A DNA stretch of 64,000 nt from Eledone cirrhosa (taxonomy: Eukaryota). Positions 26,745 through 40,253 of this stretch are shown one piece after another. Both the position numbers and the translations under genes were made by a program. Below the pieces are notes generated by a model. That model ran no database searches and was not told the DNA's origin. It saw nothing but the letters and a program-made list of their open reading frames with translations. Where the stretch lies: contig OZ024741.1 of the NCBI GenBank assembly GCA_964016885.1, forward strand, positions 282,348,001-282,412,000. Reading direction: 5' to 3'. Each line of letters opens with the position of its first letter. Position 1 is the stretch's first letter.

Positions 26745-28857
26745 TGTTTCTTCCTCTTTCACAAAGACATGCCCTCCTTAGTGCTGCTGCTGTTGCTGAC
26801 ATTATAAAATGCACACTCTGTAGAGTGTACTGTGAAAGATCAGAGGCTCTGATTGTGAACTGACTTGGTCTATGATGACCCATCCAACCCTTGCTAGCAG
26901 GGAAAACAGACATATGATGATGATGATGATGCACATATATGCGTCTGCATGTAATGAATTGAATGCTGTTCGATTCATTACACATGAAGTGACTTTTATA
27001 TACATTTATTTTTCCAGTTAAATATTATAAAAATTCTTTAATTATGCGTGTTATATATTCTAGAATGACCTGAAATTTTGTGCTATTTGTTCTGACTTTT
27101 TACATTCTTAGTTCAAATCTCAATGTGGTCTACTTTGCTTTTCATCCTTCCAGGCCTTGGAAAAATAAAATCCCAGTAATATATTAGGTTGATATAATCA
27201 ACTATCTCCTCCCCTCCCCAAAATTTATGGCCTTGTGCCTACATTAAAAACTATCAGTTCGGCTATCCTAGTGACTAACACTGAAAACTATAAGGTAAGC
27301 TCCTCCAACTGATTCTGTACTCTGATTTTCACCCCATATAAAGTAATTTCACTTTACAAACCATAAACTGGTGTCAACATATTACAAATGAAAGTTTATT
27401 TGGAAACTTGCTCAAGATAACAACTACAATTGCTCAAAGACGGTTATGATTTGCAGGACATTGCTGGAGAAATAAGCAGGAAGTTATACACCAGCTACTG
27501 TTGTGGGGATCAACTCACAGGAGATGCAGTAGAGGAAGACCTACTCAAACATTTATCGATCAACTTTAGGATGATACAAACCTCAGTAAAGAGCAGTTGC
27601 CAGGAGCATTGGAAAATTGTGAATTATGAAGAGATTTTGTCAGGAAGTTTGGACCATGGTTACAATGATGATATATTAAAAATAACATTTTGAAAGACAG
27701 CATTATCAGAAATGGTATATCTACACTCTTGAAATTCTCAATATAAATGATTGTGACTAATGTATGTTGGACCTCTGTTGGTTCTAACGTCGAGTGTTCT
27801 AGTTGTTTGAACAATGGAACAGCCTGCTTGTGAAATTAACATGTAAGTGGCTGAGCATTTCAGACATATGCATTCTTAAGGTAGTCCTCATTTTTGCCAG
27901 TTGATTGGACTAGAGCAACATGAAATGAAATGTTTTACTCAAGAACATTAGAGCATCAGACAAATACTTAGCAGCATTTGTTCCAGCTCTTTACCTTCTG
28001 AGTTCAAATCCCACCAAGGTGAACTTGCCTTTAATCCTTTTGAGGTTGATAAAATAAAACACCAATAAAGTACTGGGGCCAATATAGTCAACTTTTCCCT
28101 CTCCACAAATTGCTGGCCTTGTGTCTAAATTAGAAATCATTCTTACAGCAACACCTCCATGTCATTTATGATGGTGGAGGGTATATGAACTATGTTTAAA
28201 GTCTTTTTTTTACTATTTAGTCAAGGAGTAAAATGTAATGTCCATAACATGAACCTTTTTATTAGGGCGTCCAAGACAGGTCAAAGGACGGGATAAAAGT
28301 ATCCTTAAATGGGAGACCTGGTCTAAATGCTTAAAACAGAGTAGACACTACTAAAAGCACCTAAAGTAAAAAATATATTCACATTTTTCATGATTAAAAA
28401 CAATCCAAATATTTCTTTTTCTGTACATAATCTACCATTTATGCTTACAATATCATTTTATTTGTGACTTGTCAATTACAATTTGATTTTCTTACATAAG
28501 CACAGCATTTATGGAAATAGGATATTATCATGTTACTTACTGTTCCAATAACATTGGCAAAATAAAGTGAAATGGATACAAATGGGAATCAAAACAGATT
28601 ACTGGCTATGGCTAAATTCATGAGCAGTTTACATATGTCACCAATTTTTGTTGATATAGATTTCCATAATATTGTTATGAGTTTCTGGGTGAATTCAACT
28701 TGTAACATATTTGAAACAAAATAAAACAAAAAAACTATATAAGTTTATATTTTCAAACAATTTCAGATAAATTGAAAGAATGTAGTTTTGTTTTCCTCCA
28801 CTATATTACATTTTGTACTTTATGAAAAACATTACAAGATTTTATGGGCAAAATAAA

Positions 28858-29010
28858 CCAGAGGAGATCCAGTGGTAGACCTCAAGCAAAATGGTTGCAT
28901 AACATCCATTAGCTTGGCTGGTCTTGCTTAGCTATCTAGCCAGATAACTTGGAGACAGTTGCTTCTGAGAGGACCTGCTGGAACGCATGTTTGAAGACTC
29001 AGCCTCCACA
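28858..29010 (+). mobile_element. Ancient RTE-like C-terminal remnant (third family)
   Basis: Translates as RRSSGRPQAKWLHNIH*LGWSCLAI*PDNLETVASERTCW, the RTE GRP..W...A.DR..W terminus. Confidence 0.55.
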
Positions 29011-31020
29011 AAGAAGAAGAATCTTTCACTTTTGATATCATCTTCAGAAAATTATTTAATTGTCTATTTATTATAGAAGCACTTCAAAATGTCCAGAATA
29101 TCTGGCTATCTCAAAGAGAGAATGCAAAAGATATTTTATAGAGAGGAGAGAATATAAAAAAAATTAACATGAATTAACTGCTGTATTTATTGTATTAGTA
29201 AATATTATAATGATTTCTAATTTTGGCACAAGGCCAGCAATTAGGGAGGAAAGGAAAATAATTTCTATCAACTCAGTCAATACTTGCCTAGTATTTTATC
29301 AACCCCTAAAGGATGAAAGATAAAGTTGACCTTGGTGAAATTTGAACTTAGAACGTAAAGAGCTAGAACAATACTGTTAAGCATTTGTCTGATGCTCTAA
29401 CGACTGTCAATCCACCACTCTAGTAAATATAATAATGATAATCTAAGTTAAAGCTCAGAAAAGAGATGACTGGCATTTTGGAGATTATTTAATCTAACTA
29501 TATCACCAATAGTTAACTTTATTGTTTAGCTTTCACACAAAACAAAGCAGAAAAAAAAAAGTAAAATATGTGTTGAATTCCAGTAACATATTCTAGTGCT
29601 ATGTGAGAAAAGATTGATCTAAAGTAATACATTTGATCAACAAACTAAATTAAGGTGAGTTTCATTGGAAAGAAGACTAACAGAATACAACATTTATCAA
29701 AGCAAATACTTTAAACAAATGGGGGAAAAAAAAAGAAAATCGCTTCAAAACTACTGGTATATATATAGTTAGAGATAGGAAACGGTGTTAAAAAAATTTA
29801 AATACAGTAAAAGATAAAGAGGAAAAAAAGTCAGTGATAGTAAGCATAAATGAGTATGTATTTCTGACAGAGATAGGGAGAGAGGATTCAATTATTTTTT
29901 CTCACTAACTTAATAGAAAATGCCTGACTATCAAAGAAATGGAATGTTCCTTTTCTTCAGTTGTTTTTCTGTTTTTTATTTGTTTTTTTTTATAGCTCTA
30001 ATGTACCTTTCCAACAAAATTCTCTAGTAAATATCTATGTTTTCATATTTACCTATCTCACACCCCAGAATGATTTTTTGAAAGTATAAAGGAATAATAA
30101 ATAAGCAGGACAACAAAAAGAAAAGATTACATGAACTGCCATCAATGACAGACAATATAATACAGACACATTTCCAGGAATGGAAGAATAGTAATAATAC
30201 AGTTCCAAACGTGAGGGAAAAATAGTTTCAGGTTGATAGTAGTCTACAAAAAGATTACATGAAGTGATCAGCTTACAGAAGAATGTAAAAATGTCAAGAT
30301 TACAGCAGTCTATGAAGAGAGTAAAATTATAGACATCATAAAACTAGTTGCATGTTGCGAGCCTGAAATCTAGGAAAGATTGGAAGCAGAAATTACAATA
30401 AGAATGGCAAATGTATAATCAATTTGAATATCTAAAAGGTTTTTTTTTCTTTTTGGCAATGCGTATGAAACAAAGGTGTCGCCAGTGAAATGATGATGGG
30501 TTGATAAAGGTTGGTAATAAACATTTCAAATAAAACAACAATGTAATGTGACATAACGGTATTTTATATACACTTCAAAACAAGATTTCGAAATGATCAC
30601 AATGTATGGAGTGATTGATAAGGACATGCTAGAAATAACAGCAATATGTAAGTCAGAAAAGGAAGCTTATATCAGTGTTTAGAAGTTGTAGTTGGCTGTA
30701 TCTTTGTTTTTTGCACAAAATATCTTTTTATCTGTAATCTGAAAATGTGAGACTCTCAAACACAGAAAATAACTGTAATAACAGTCAATCACTATAAATA
30801 ATAGTTGAGAAAATTGGGTAAATTACTCTTAGAGAGAGAAAAAAGTGAACAGGGGTACAAGGAATTGAACCCACGTATCTCTGGTATGATATCAAATTTT
30901 TTTCTTTTACACTTTTACTGGTTTCAGCCATTAGACAGCAACCATGCTAAGGAACAGTTTTGAAGGGTTTTTAGTCAATCATATTGACCCCAGTACTTAT
31001 TCTTCCAAGTCTGCTACTTC

Positions 31021-31552
31021 ATCATCATCATCATCATCGTTTAATGTCCATCTTCCACGCTAGCATGAGTTTGGACGGGAATTTTCCCACTTGAGGCAAG
31101 ATTGGTCGTCTTGCTCCTCTCGGACAGTCTGGCAGGTTTTCTACGGCTGGATGTCCTTCCTAACACTAACCACGTTTACAGTGTGGACTGGGAGGTTTTT
31201 ACCGTGTTACCTACACGGCCACATTACAGCATGGACTGTGTGTTTTTTTGTCGTGACACCTACACGGCCTCATTTGTTTCAGACTGGATGTTGTGGTACC
31301 AACATAACTTTACATTGGAAGGGGTGGTGTGGATGGGGTGGGGGTAGTGGGACTGGGTGTATTTTTCTTAGAGGTGCCTACTGACTGTAGGTTTCGCTTT
31401 GTACTTAGGCAAGGCGGGTTTTCTGTATTACTGTGTAGCGCCAAAGATCTCGGTCCAGTGACATTGTCTTGGAGAGGTGTAAGTGTGTGAGGTCGGAATT
31501 TATCAAGTCGTCCCAGTTTTTCTGGGTCTGCCTACTCCGTGGCTACCGTCTA
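31021..31552 (-). mobile_element. 5'-truncated RTE family B 3' end
   Basis: Closely similar to 21292-21815, with (GAT)n tail. Confidence 0.9.
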
Positions 31553-31607
31553 TTTTTTTTTTAGTCTATTAATCTCTATTTGCTGAACTGCTAAGTTACA
31601 GACCATA

Positions 31608-32231
31608 TCTATTTAAAGCTGTATATGGCTATGGTGCGGCCACACTTAGAATTTGCATCACCAGTCTGGAACCCTATCTTACTCAGAACATTGACTGCCT
31701 GGAAACTGTTCAGAGATGTGCAACCGAGCGAATACCCTCCATCAGGCATCTACCATACTCTGAACGCCTTGCTTCCCTGGGCATGGATACATTGATGCTC
31801 CGACGTCTGGTAACTGACTTGGTAAACACCCACAAAATTATTAACCATCTTGCCAACAACAACCCTGAGTACCTTTTTGATTTCCATGTGTCTAACACAC
31901 ATGGGCATGCCCACAAAATTAGAAAACAGCACAGCTCCCATGACTTTCGGAAACATTTTTTCTCGCTCAGAGTTGCTGAAGCATGGAACAAACTACCTGC
32001 ATCAGTTATTAGCTGTCGAGACACTGCATCCTTTAAAACCTCCATGCTTCCTCAGATTCACCAACACTACACCTAATATTCCCCCTCCATACACATACAC
32101 ACATGTATATCATGACTCATACACTATTCACTTCCCTGACATTTGTATATTATTCTATGTACTATACATGCACCTTTGACGAATTGTAGTGCACCTGAGC
32201 ACCGTACACAATAATTTCATTATTATTATTA
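31608..32231 (+). mobile_element. CR1-like LINE 3' fragment
   Basis: MVRPHLEFA..VWNP, VQR.AT..IP, LRR...DL, FFSLRVAEAWNKLP. (ATT)n tail. Confidence 0.88.
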
Positions 32232-32296
32232 TAAACAAACAATATAAACACAGACAGGGGAACAAATACACACATACATATATATGAGACACACAA

Positions 32297-32329
<33 letters not shown>

Positions 32330-33830
32330 AAACAGTTTTCTGCTTAATTTTCACCTACTATATTTCACACACAAGGCAACACATACTCATGGTTCCACAC
32401 AGTGAGACTGAACCGCCAAAACCACATGGTTGCAAAACAAACTCCTTAACCACGCAACCATATCTGCATCTATGTAAATATCCATATATAGCCATTTTCA
32501 GTACACATCCAAATATTTTTCTTATCCATAAATTAATAAATTAGTATGCAGCAATAACAAATAACATTACATTTCACAGAATTTATATGAAAAGAAATTC
32601 AGAACATTCTAGGAAGTTCTGTTGCCATGCTGTTACTTTCAAAATTCAATTGAAACTCTATTTTCAAAATGAAGTTACTTTCTGTGGTAACCTTTAGATT
32701 TAATTCATTGAAAACATAAAAAAACATAAATGTATTTGATTAAAAGTAATATTACTGCATGCAGATTCTATATAGAAAATGTAGAAATCACCAGAAAAAG
32801 AAATCATCAAACAGACACAGAAAATAAATGTGAAATAAATGAAGCTAGGTGGCACTGTTTAATTGTTCTATCACCCCCCCCCCCCTCTCTTTCTCACCCA
32901 CTTACTCTCCCCTTCTCTCACCCACTCATTCTCCCCCTCTCTCACTCACTCACTTTCTCCCCCCCCCCACTCTCTTATTCAGTCTATCTTTCTGTAATTT
33001 TATTTTTCTGTTGGAAGATATTTTTTGTGAAGGCAGAATATATGGAGTAATCAATGAAAATAGATAAGAAATGAGAGTTCTTGTCATTGAAGGTTTGATA
33101 ATGTAATTCGTTGTGATGAAAACGAATGGGAAGGTGATAAAAGTGAATTGGAAACAATAAAGTGAAAAAAAGAGAGAAAAGGAAATAAATTTGTACAGTT
33201 ATGGTTTTGTAGCAACTCATCACAATTATATTACCAGAAATGGAGAGTGGTTTCCATTCATGAACTTCTTCAGTGAAAATTTCATATAGTATTAACCTAC
33301 AAACAATTTCATTGGTACTTGAGAAGCTAAGCACACTGTTTCTCTTATCAAAACAAGTAGAAGAAGCAATAGAAAATGCCATGGATAAACAATCATGCTG
33401 TATCATGCAAATATAATAGTAGTTTACACAATATCATGCTAAATCTTTCTATATGAATATGACAGATCCCCTGTCCAAAACCATATAAGAAAGGTTTTTT
33501 ATACAACGATTATAAACAGGGTTTATTTTAAATGAAGTTTAGAGTTGCATAAGTCTTTGAGGCAATAGTGATATACTCTGGGTTGGAGAAGTATTTATAA
33601 TGACTATTTTTATCATTGTATGAATGTTTTAAATCTTTTAACCATCATTTACCATGTAAGTACATATAGTATTTGACACAAGGTGTAAACTTACTGCACA
33701 AAATTAGATTTAGAACAAGATAAAAGTTTTTTTAATAAAATAATAAATAGTGTTTATTTTAGAGCTGCATATATTCTCTGAGTCTGAGAAGCATTTGCAG
33801 TGGCTGCTATTTCAACATTTTATGAATGTT

Positions 33831-34068
33831 TTAACCCTTTTGTTACCAACGCGGTGAAAACCGGTTTCAATTCTATGAAATAAAACCATCCATTTTAAAG
33901 GTTTCCAATTTAAATTTAAATCTTCCAATATAATTTTATATAAGAACCTTACATTAAGTTACTATCTTAGTAATGAAATAATTAATAATTTTAGTAACTC
34001 CCTCAAAATTATTCATTAATTAATTGAATAGAGTGTATTTCATTAGAAATATGGTCATGAGTGTTTTA
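33831..34068. mobile_element. piggyBac-type MITE copy
   Basis: Homologous to 10087-10326. Inserted at TTAA within a local duplication whose empty paralog lies near 33590-33670. Confidence 0.75.
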
Positions 34069-34516
34069 AGTCTTTTAACCATAATTTATCATGTAAGCTC
34101 ATACAAAATATAAACTTATCTAGAACTACACAAGCAAGGGTCAATTATGACATTAAAATATTCACTCATAATAAATGAATGACCCGATCTAACAAAAACA
34201 AAAACATCCTATTATATTTGTTGTGTTCCACTAGTCATCTCAGCTTACTGCCCATACTAACCCAATTATATACAGTTGTGATCTGAGATGCTGTAGAAAA
34301 ACATATTGGCATTTAGAATGTATTTTGATTGATACTTCTCTGACATTTAACAAGACAAATCAATATAATTCTAGTGTTCAATCTACTCCACATATACCAT
34401 TTCATACATATCCTAAAGAACTCTTTATATTTTGTATTGACACAAATTTTCAAGTAACTCTTCAGTATACATTTCATATTACAGTTGGGAAACTGATGGT
34501 GTTTCTATTTTAAAAG

Positions 34517-34550
<34 letters not shown>

Positions 34551-34790
34551 GTTAAAAGAATATATATCTTCATTGTACTGTATCATTTGCTGTGTCATTT
34601 TTCATTTACTTTTCACATTCATACATACACATATACATACACACACACATATATATATACACATACACACACACATATATATATACACATACATATATAT
34701 ATACACATACACACACACATATATATATATATATATACACACTTATATACACATCATACACACACACACCACATATATATATATATATAT

Positions 34791-35350
34791 GGTGGCTGCC
34801 AACTCGTTTTCGAGTACGGCCACTACTTTATATCCATGTAGGAGAACCCCTACCAATGTGCTGAACGAGTGTGACTTTTTAGTCCAGCCAGCGACTTGAA
34901 AACTCTGGTACAAAACACTACACTTGTGACAATTATTGACACATAGTGCTGGGCCCATGGTACCATGTGACGACAAGTGCAGGGAGATCTCCAGATATAA
35001 AACAATGCCTGTGCCGTGAAGCTTTTATAGTGAGCAAAGGCACTGCACAAAGCCAGTCCCACTCTCTTAACCAAGATGATATTTACCCAAAAGAAGAACA
35101 AGTCAACATCATTGGATACCATCAGGGTTGCAGGTGTTATATCAGAGTTTTCCTTCTCCTAGAATTCTGCCTTGACAAAGGCTAAGGGGTCATCTCTCCC
35201 GGTGATTTTGGATGGCCATTGACTCTTAAGAGCTCCTTTGCCCTTTGACAGGTTTTGTTTTTAGTCCCTTGGTGGGGTTGCCAGTTTAGTCACCAATGAC
35301 CCGACCATGAGACAGATTGTACTGGGATACATGTTACCAGTAGCACCAGT
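34791..35350 (-). mobile_element. Probable non-coding retroelement segment resembling RTE 5'UTR-derived sequence
   Basis: GC-richer island flanked by TA repeats. Minus strand has TCTAGGAGAAGGAAAACTC and TTAAGAGTCAATGGCCATCC, motifs I associate with RTE leaders. Confidence 0.45.
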
Positions 35351-35370
35351 ATATACATACATAAATAAAT

Positions 35371-35745
35371 AATTGTTTCTACTTTTGGCACAAGGCCAGC
35401 AATTATCCCAGTGCTTTACTGGTACTTTATTTTATCGACCCCGTAAGGACGAAAGGCAAAGTTAACCTCAGCGGGATTTGAACTCAGACCATAAAGGGCC
35501 GTAACTCTCTGCTGCAAAGCATGGTGTCCGACCCTCTACTGATACTGCCAATCCACTACATACATGTTTCTACTTTTGGCACAAGGCCAGCAATTAACCA
35601 GTACATTACTGGTACTTTATTTTATCGACCACGTAAGGATGAAAGGCAAAGTTAACTTTGACGGGATTTGAACTCAGACCGTAAAGGGATGTAACTATGC
35701 TACAAAGCATGGCGTCCAACCCTCTACTGATACTGCCAATTCACC
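35371..35745 (-). mobile_element. Head-to-tail dimer of Meta-like SINE
   Basis: Two full copies (35371-35557 and 35565-35745) homologous to 17441-17620. Confidence 0.88.
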
Positions 35746-36913
35746 GAGGGTTTAAATTAAATCATTTAATTGATTTACAACCGTTTTGTTATATTAACTG
35801 GAATATTGCATTCCTGTTAAAATAAGCTCATTAGATTCGATTAAATACAAATAATATTTATCTTAATGCCCATGAATTCAAGTGGAAAAAAATATAAACA
35901 ATAGCATTCAAATATATAAGAAAGTGCTCCAAGAACACAATGTAGCCTGATAAAGCCATAAAACTGAAACTTTAAAGCCATTGCCACTTTTCTCTTCAGA
36001 AAATAAAATACACTCTCTGTTTATATGAATGGAGTCACATTCAGTTAATGTGTGAAATTTTTAACTTTTTTTTTTTTTTTTTTTGACAAAATCTTTTTTA
36101 TTTCAAAATGCTCAAATATATTCCTAGGATAAAATTACTTAAAAATGATAAAGAATTTAATATTTAGTCAAACATACAGAAAAAGAAAGCAGTATTGGAA
36201 AGGACTATAAATGCCATAAATGAGAGGAAAAGGAGGGAAAGCCAAGGACTAGTAGACAATAAAAGGGGAGAGGGGAGAAGATGACAGACTCTACACCTAA
36301 GTCAAAGAAGTGTTTCAGCTGCGCCCCATGGACAAAATGACAAAGGCATTTCTGTGGGCAATGGCCAGCAACACCCGCTGCAACAGTCACTTCACCGCAT
36401 GGAGCTCCTTCGTCAGACAGGCTGCTATCAATACAATTTAATGGAGGAGGTCAGCTGTACAAATTTTTAAGTGTAATGGTATTTTAAACACCCACACTAA
36501 TATAAATCATCATTATCATTATTTGACATCTATTTTCCCTGCAGATAATGGTTGGACAGGTGATCATAGACTGAGTCAGTCTCCAGCTAAATTCACTAAC
36601 TTCCCAGACTGACCAAGGAGTGTATCTGGCATACATATTCTCAAACTCTACAGAGTGTATTGGGTGCTTTTTATGTGGTACATATATAGAAATACACACA
36701 CACACTACTACTTTCTTCTGATTACTCCCTTTTCAACATCTCCATTTCACCACTTTAACAGTTTTACAAGCGATGGCTACCTGAATAAACCTGTTTTTCC
36801 CCCAAAATAATTTTTTTGTTTTTGCCACTGCTCACTCTTTGTTTTTCTATTTTTTCTTTAATTTCTCATTTTCTTATAAAAGGCTAGAGTCTGAAAAGTT
36901 AAGACTCTTTTCC

Positions 36914-37529
36914 TCTATTTAAAGCTGTATACAGCTATGGTACGACCACACTTAGAATTCGCATCATCAGTCTGGAACCCCTATCTTGCTCAGAACATTG
37001 ACCTCCTGGAAACTGTTCAGAGACGTACAACCAAGCGCATACCCTCCATCAGACACCTTCCATACTCTGAATATCTTGCTTCCCTGGGCATGGATTCAGA
37101 AGCTCCGACGTCTGGCGATGGACTTGGTAAACACCCACAAAGTTATTAGCCATCTCGCCAACAACAACCCTGAGCACGTTTTTGATCTCCATGTGTCTAA
37201 CACATGTGGACATGCCTACAAAATCAGAAAACAGCACAGTTCCCATGACTTTTGGAAACATTTTTTCACGCTTAGAGTTGCTGAAGCATGGAACAAACTG
37301 CCTGTGTCAGTTGTTGGCTGCTGAGACACTGCATCCTTTAAAACCCTCATGCTTCCCGAAATTCGCCAAAACTACACCTGATGTACCATACACATGCACA
37401 CGTGTATATCATGACTCATGCACTGTTCATTTTACTGACGTTTGTACATTACCCTATGTACTATACATACACTTTTTGATGAGTTGTAGTGCACCTGAGC
37501 ACTGTACACAATATTTTCATTATTATTAT
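36914..37529 (+). mobile_element. CR1-like LINE 3' fragment (second copy)
   Basis: MVRPHLEFASSVWNPYL..FFTLRVAEAWNKLP with (ATT)n tail. Colinear with 31608-32231. Confidence 0.88.
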
Positions 37530-37628
37530 ATCAAGCGTAAAATTAATATATTTTTTCTTTGTACTGTATTGTTTGCTTTGTTATTCGTTTGCCTTTTGCA
37601 TCGAGGAAGAGAGAGGTATGTAAATGCG

Positions 37629-37751
37629 TACACACACATATATATATATACACATATATATATACACACACACACACACATATATATATACACACACACA
37701 CACATATATATATATACACACACACACACATATATATACACACACACACAC

Positions 37752-37794
<43 letters not shown>

Positions 37795-37853
37795 CACACA
37801 CACACACATATATATATACACACACACACACATATATATATACACACACACAC

Positions 37854-37896
<43 letters not shown>

Positions 37897-38247
37897 CACA
37901 CACACACACATATATATATACACACACACACACATATATATACACACACACACACACATATATACACACACACACACACACATATATACACACACACATA
38001 TATATACACACACACACATATATACACACACACACACACACATATATATATACACACACATATATATATACACACACACACATATATACACACACACACA
38101 CATATATACACACACACATATATATACACACACATATATATACACACACACACATATATATACACACACACATATATACACACACACACACACATATATA
38201 TATATACACACACATATATATATATACACACACACACATATATATAT

Positions 38248-38288
<41 letters not shown>

Positions 38289-38335
38289 TATATATATATA
38301 TATATATACACATATAGACATATACACATACATAC
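37629..38335. repeat. (CA)n(TA)n compound microsatellite, about 700 bp
   Basis: Alternating CA and TA runs. Confidence 0.97.
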
Positions 38336-38496
38336 ATTATTTATATAGAATTTTATAGCACATTCATTTTTCATTGAGAAAGTAAAATATTCCATTAACA
38401 ACATACCATATTTGGAAATAACTATCAATGAAAAAACCAAGTCCAATAACTTAGAATCATAAAAGTGAAAATGAAATTCCAATGATGTACATACAA

Positions 38497-38539
<43 letters not shown>

Positions 38540-38768
38540 TATTTATAATTTTATTGATCAATTTATTGGTATCTTTTCAAACATTTCTGTAATGTTTGAA
38601 CTGTAGACTTGGCATTATATTTACAATAAACAGACATATTACTGAGATAGAGATATTGTATTGTCACAGCAACAGGATTTATGTAGTAGTACATACATTA
38701 GCACAAACATATACATGCAATTCTGTCCTTTTTTTTTTTTTTTGGTGGAGGGAATGGTGAATTTATCA

Positions 38769-39061
38769 TTAACACTTGTTACCAACCCAACAAAAACTGG
38801 CTCTGGTTCTATGAAATAAAACCATCCATTTTAAAGGTTTTCAATTTAAATTAAAATCCTTCAGCATAATTTTATATAAGAACCATATATTAAGTTACTA
38901 TCTTGGAATTTAAATAATTAATAATTTTAGCAAATCCCTTAAAATTCTTTGTTAATTAATTGTGTATTTCATTAGAAATGCAGTCATGAAAGGGTTAAGG
39001 ATACAACCATGTTGTTGGTCGTCTACTTACCTCTGAGATGTGTCAATCATGAAAGAGTTAA
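38769..39061. mobile_element. piggyBac-type MITE with a duplicated right end
   Basis: CATGAAAGGGTTAA ends at 38998, then a module of about 63 bp ends in CATGAAAGAGTTAA at 39061. Confidence 0.75.
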
Positions 39062-39569
39062 TACTATGCCAGAAAATGTTGAATAGGAAGCCAGGCCCAC
39101 CAACTATAGAGCAGCAAGAAAGTAAAGCAAGTGGATTTCCAAATGCCATTGAATCTCAGTTATGCAGTTAATATACATAACTCCTGATGGAGTCATAAGG
39201 GTGCCATAGTGACATATGGCATGTTTTGGGCACTGGCAGAGCCCATCCCTCTCCCGATCTGAATATAGCCGATTTCTTCTAGAGAAGGAGAGAGAGAGAG
39301 AGAGAGATGGGGGAAGAATTGACCCCTGTACTGGACTGGTACTTTATCAACCTCAAAAGGATGAAAGTTGATCCTGGCAGAATATGAATTCAGAATGCAG
39401 AGAGCTAGAATGAATATGGCAAACACTTTTATCTGACATCTTAATTACTCTGTCAATTAGATAGTTTGCTGATATACATCAATAGAGTAATGTTGTAAAA
39501 CTATTTAAACCAGCAATGTATGTATATGGTTGTATTGAAGCAACTAATGAGCTTGCACTAGAGAATGTT

Positions 39570-39850
39570 TGGAGCCCCTGGCACCTGCTTGCAAGAAACT
39601 TAATGAAAACTAAAAGAATATTAATGTAGGCCTACACATAGAATGATGCTAATATTTCTGAATTGATACATGCCAATCTTTAAATCAGATATGATACATG
39701 ATGAAAAAGGAATGTATTTGATAACAATTATGATATTCTAAATTCTGACAAAAATGTCATGTTTCATGGCTATATTTTACTATATATTTTAATATATAAT
39801 TAAAACAGGAGCCTCACACTTTTCTGGACTGCAACCCACCTAGCCTATAT
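39570..39850 (+). repeat. Unclassified dispersed repeat (second copy at about 47975-48230)
   Basis: Shared AGCCCCT.GCACCT.CTTGCAAGAAACTTAATGAAAA...AATTCTGACA.AAATGTCAT. Confidence 0.65.
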
Positions 39851-40253
39851 GTACTGTGTAGGTATGAAAGATGTTACTGCTTTTAAACCAATAATGTCTC
39901 AATGTGCAAAGAACTTCATTGTATGATGATGTTAATAAAGGATTGATCTACATAGTTTATGAAGAGATTAAGGATTGCATTAAATAATCAGAGAAAAAAA
40001 AGAAAAAAAAAGAAAACAAGCAGAAAAAAGTGAAGACATGCATATTCAATTACATATTACAACAGGATGTGCTGAAGTTTCTCTCTAATAATTATTTTGA
40101 GGCATTGATGTGGGTGAAAGTGAGGCTAAGACAAGCTACCAATAACGATCAGAATCTTGTCAGTGGCCCAGCTCCTTCAAACAATTTAAATCCCACATTT
40201 GCCAATAACTCCTGTGTTTTAGAATGTTATCCTCTTCATCTATAGAAACAGTG

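Noticed and set aside
25194-26985. 522-aa and 570-aa I/Y-rich ORFs
   Set aside because: Translations of an AT microsatellite that lacks stops in those frames.
27430-27693. 87-aa ORF as a host exon
   Set aside because: No recognisable domain or convincing splice sites; probably old repeat or chance.
36380-36425. Minus-strand CTGACGA as a hammerhead core
   Set aside because: No properly placed GAAA or helix I partner.
37182-38482. Long H/T/Y/I and C/V-rich ORFs (similar ones at 4623-4956 and 34549-34899)
   Set aside because: (CA)n(TA)n microsatellite artefacts.
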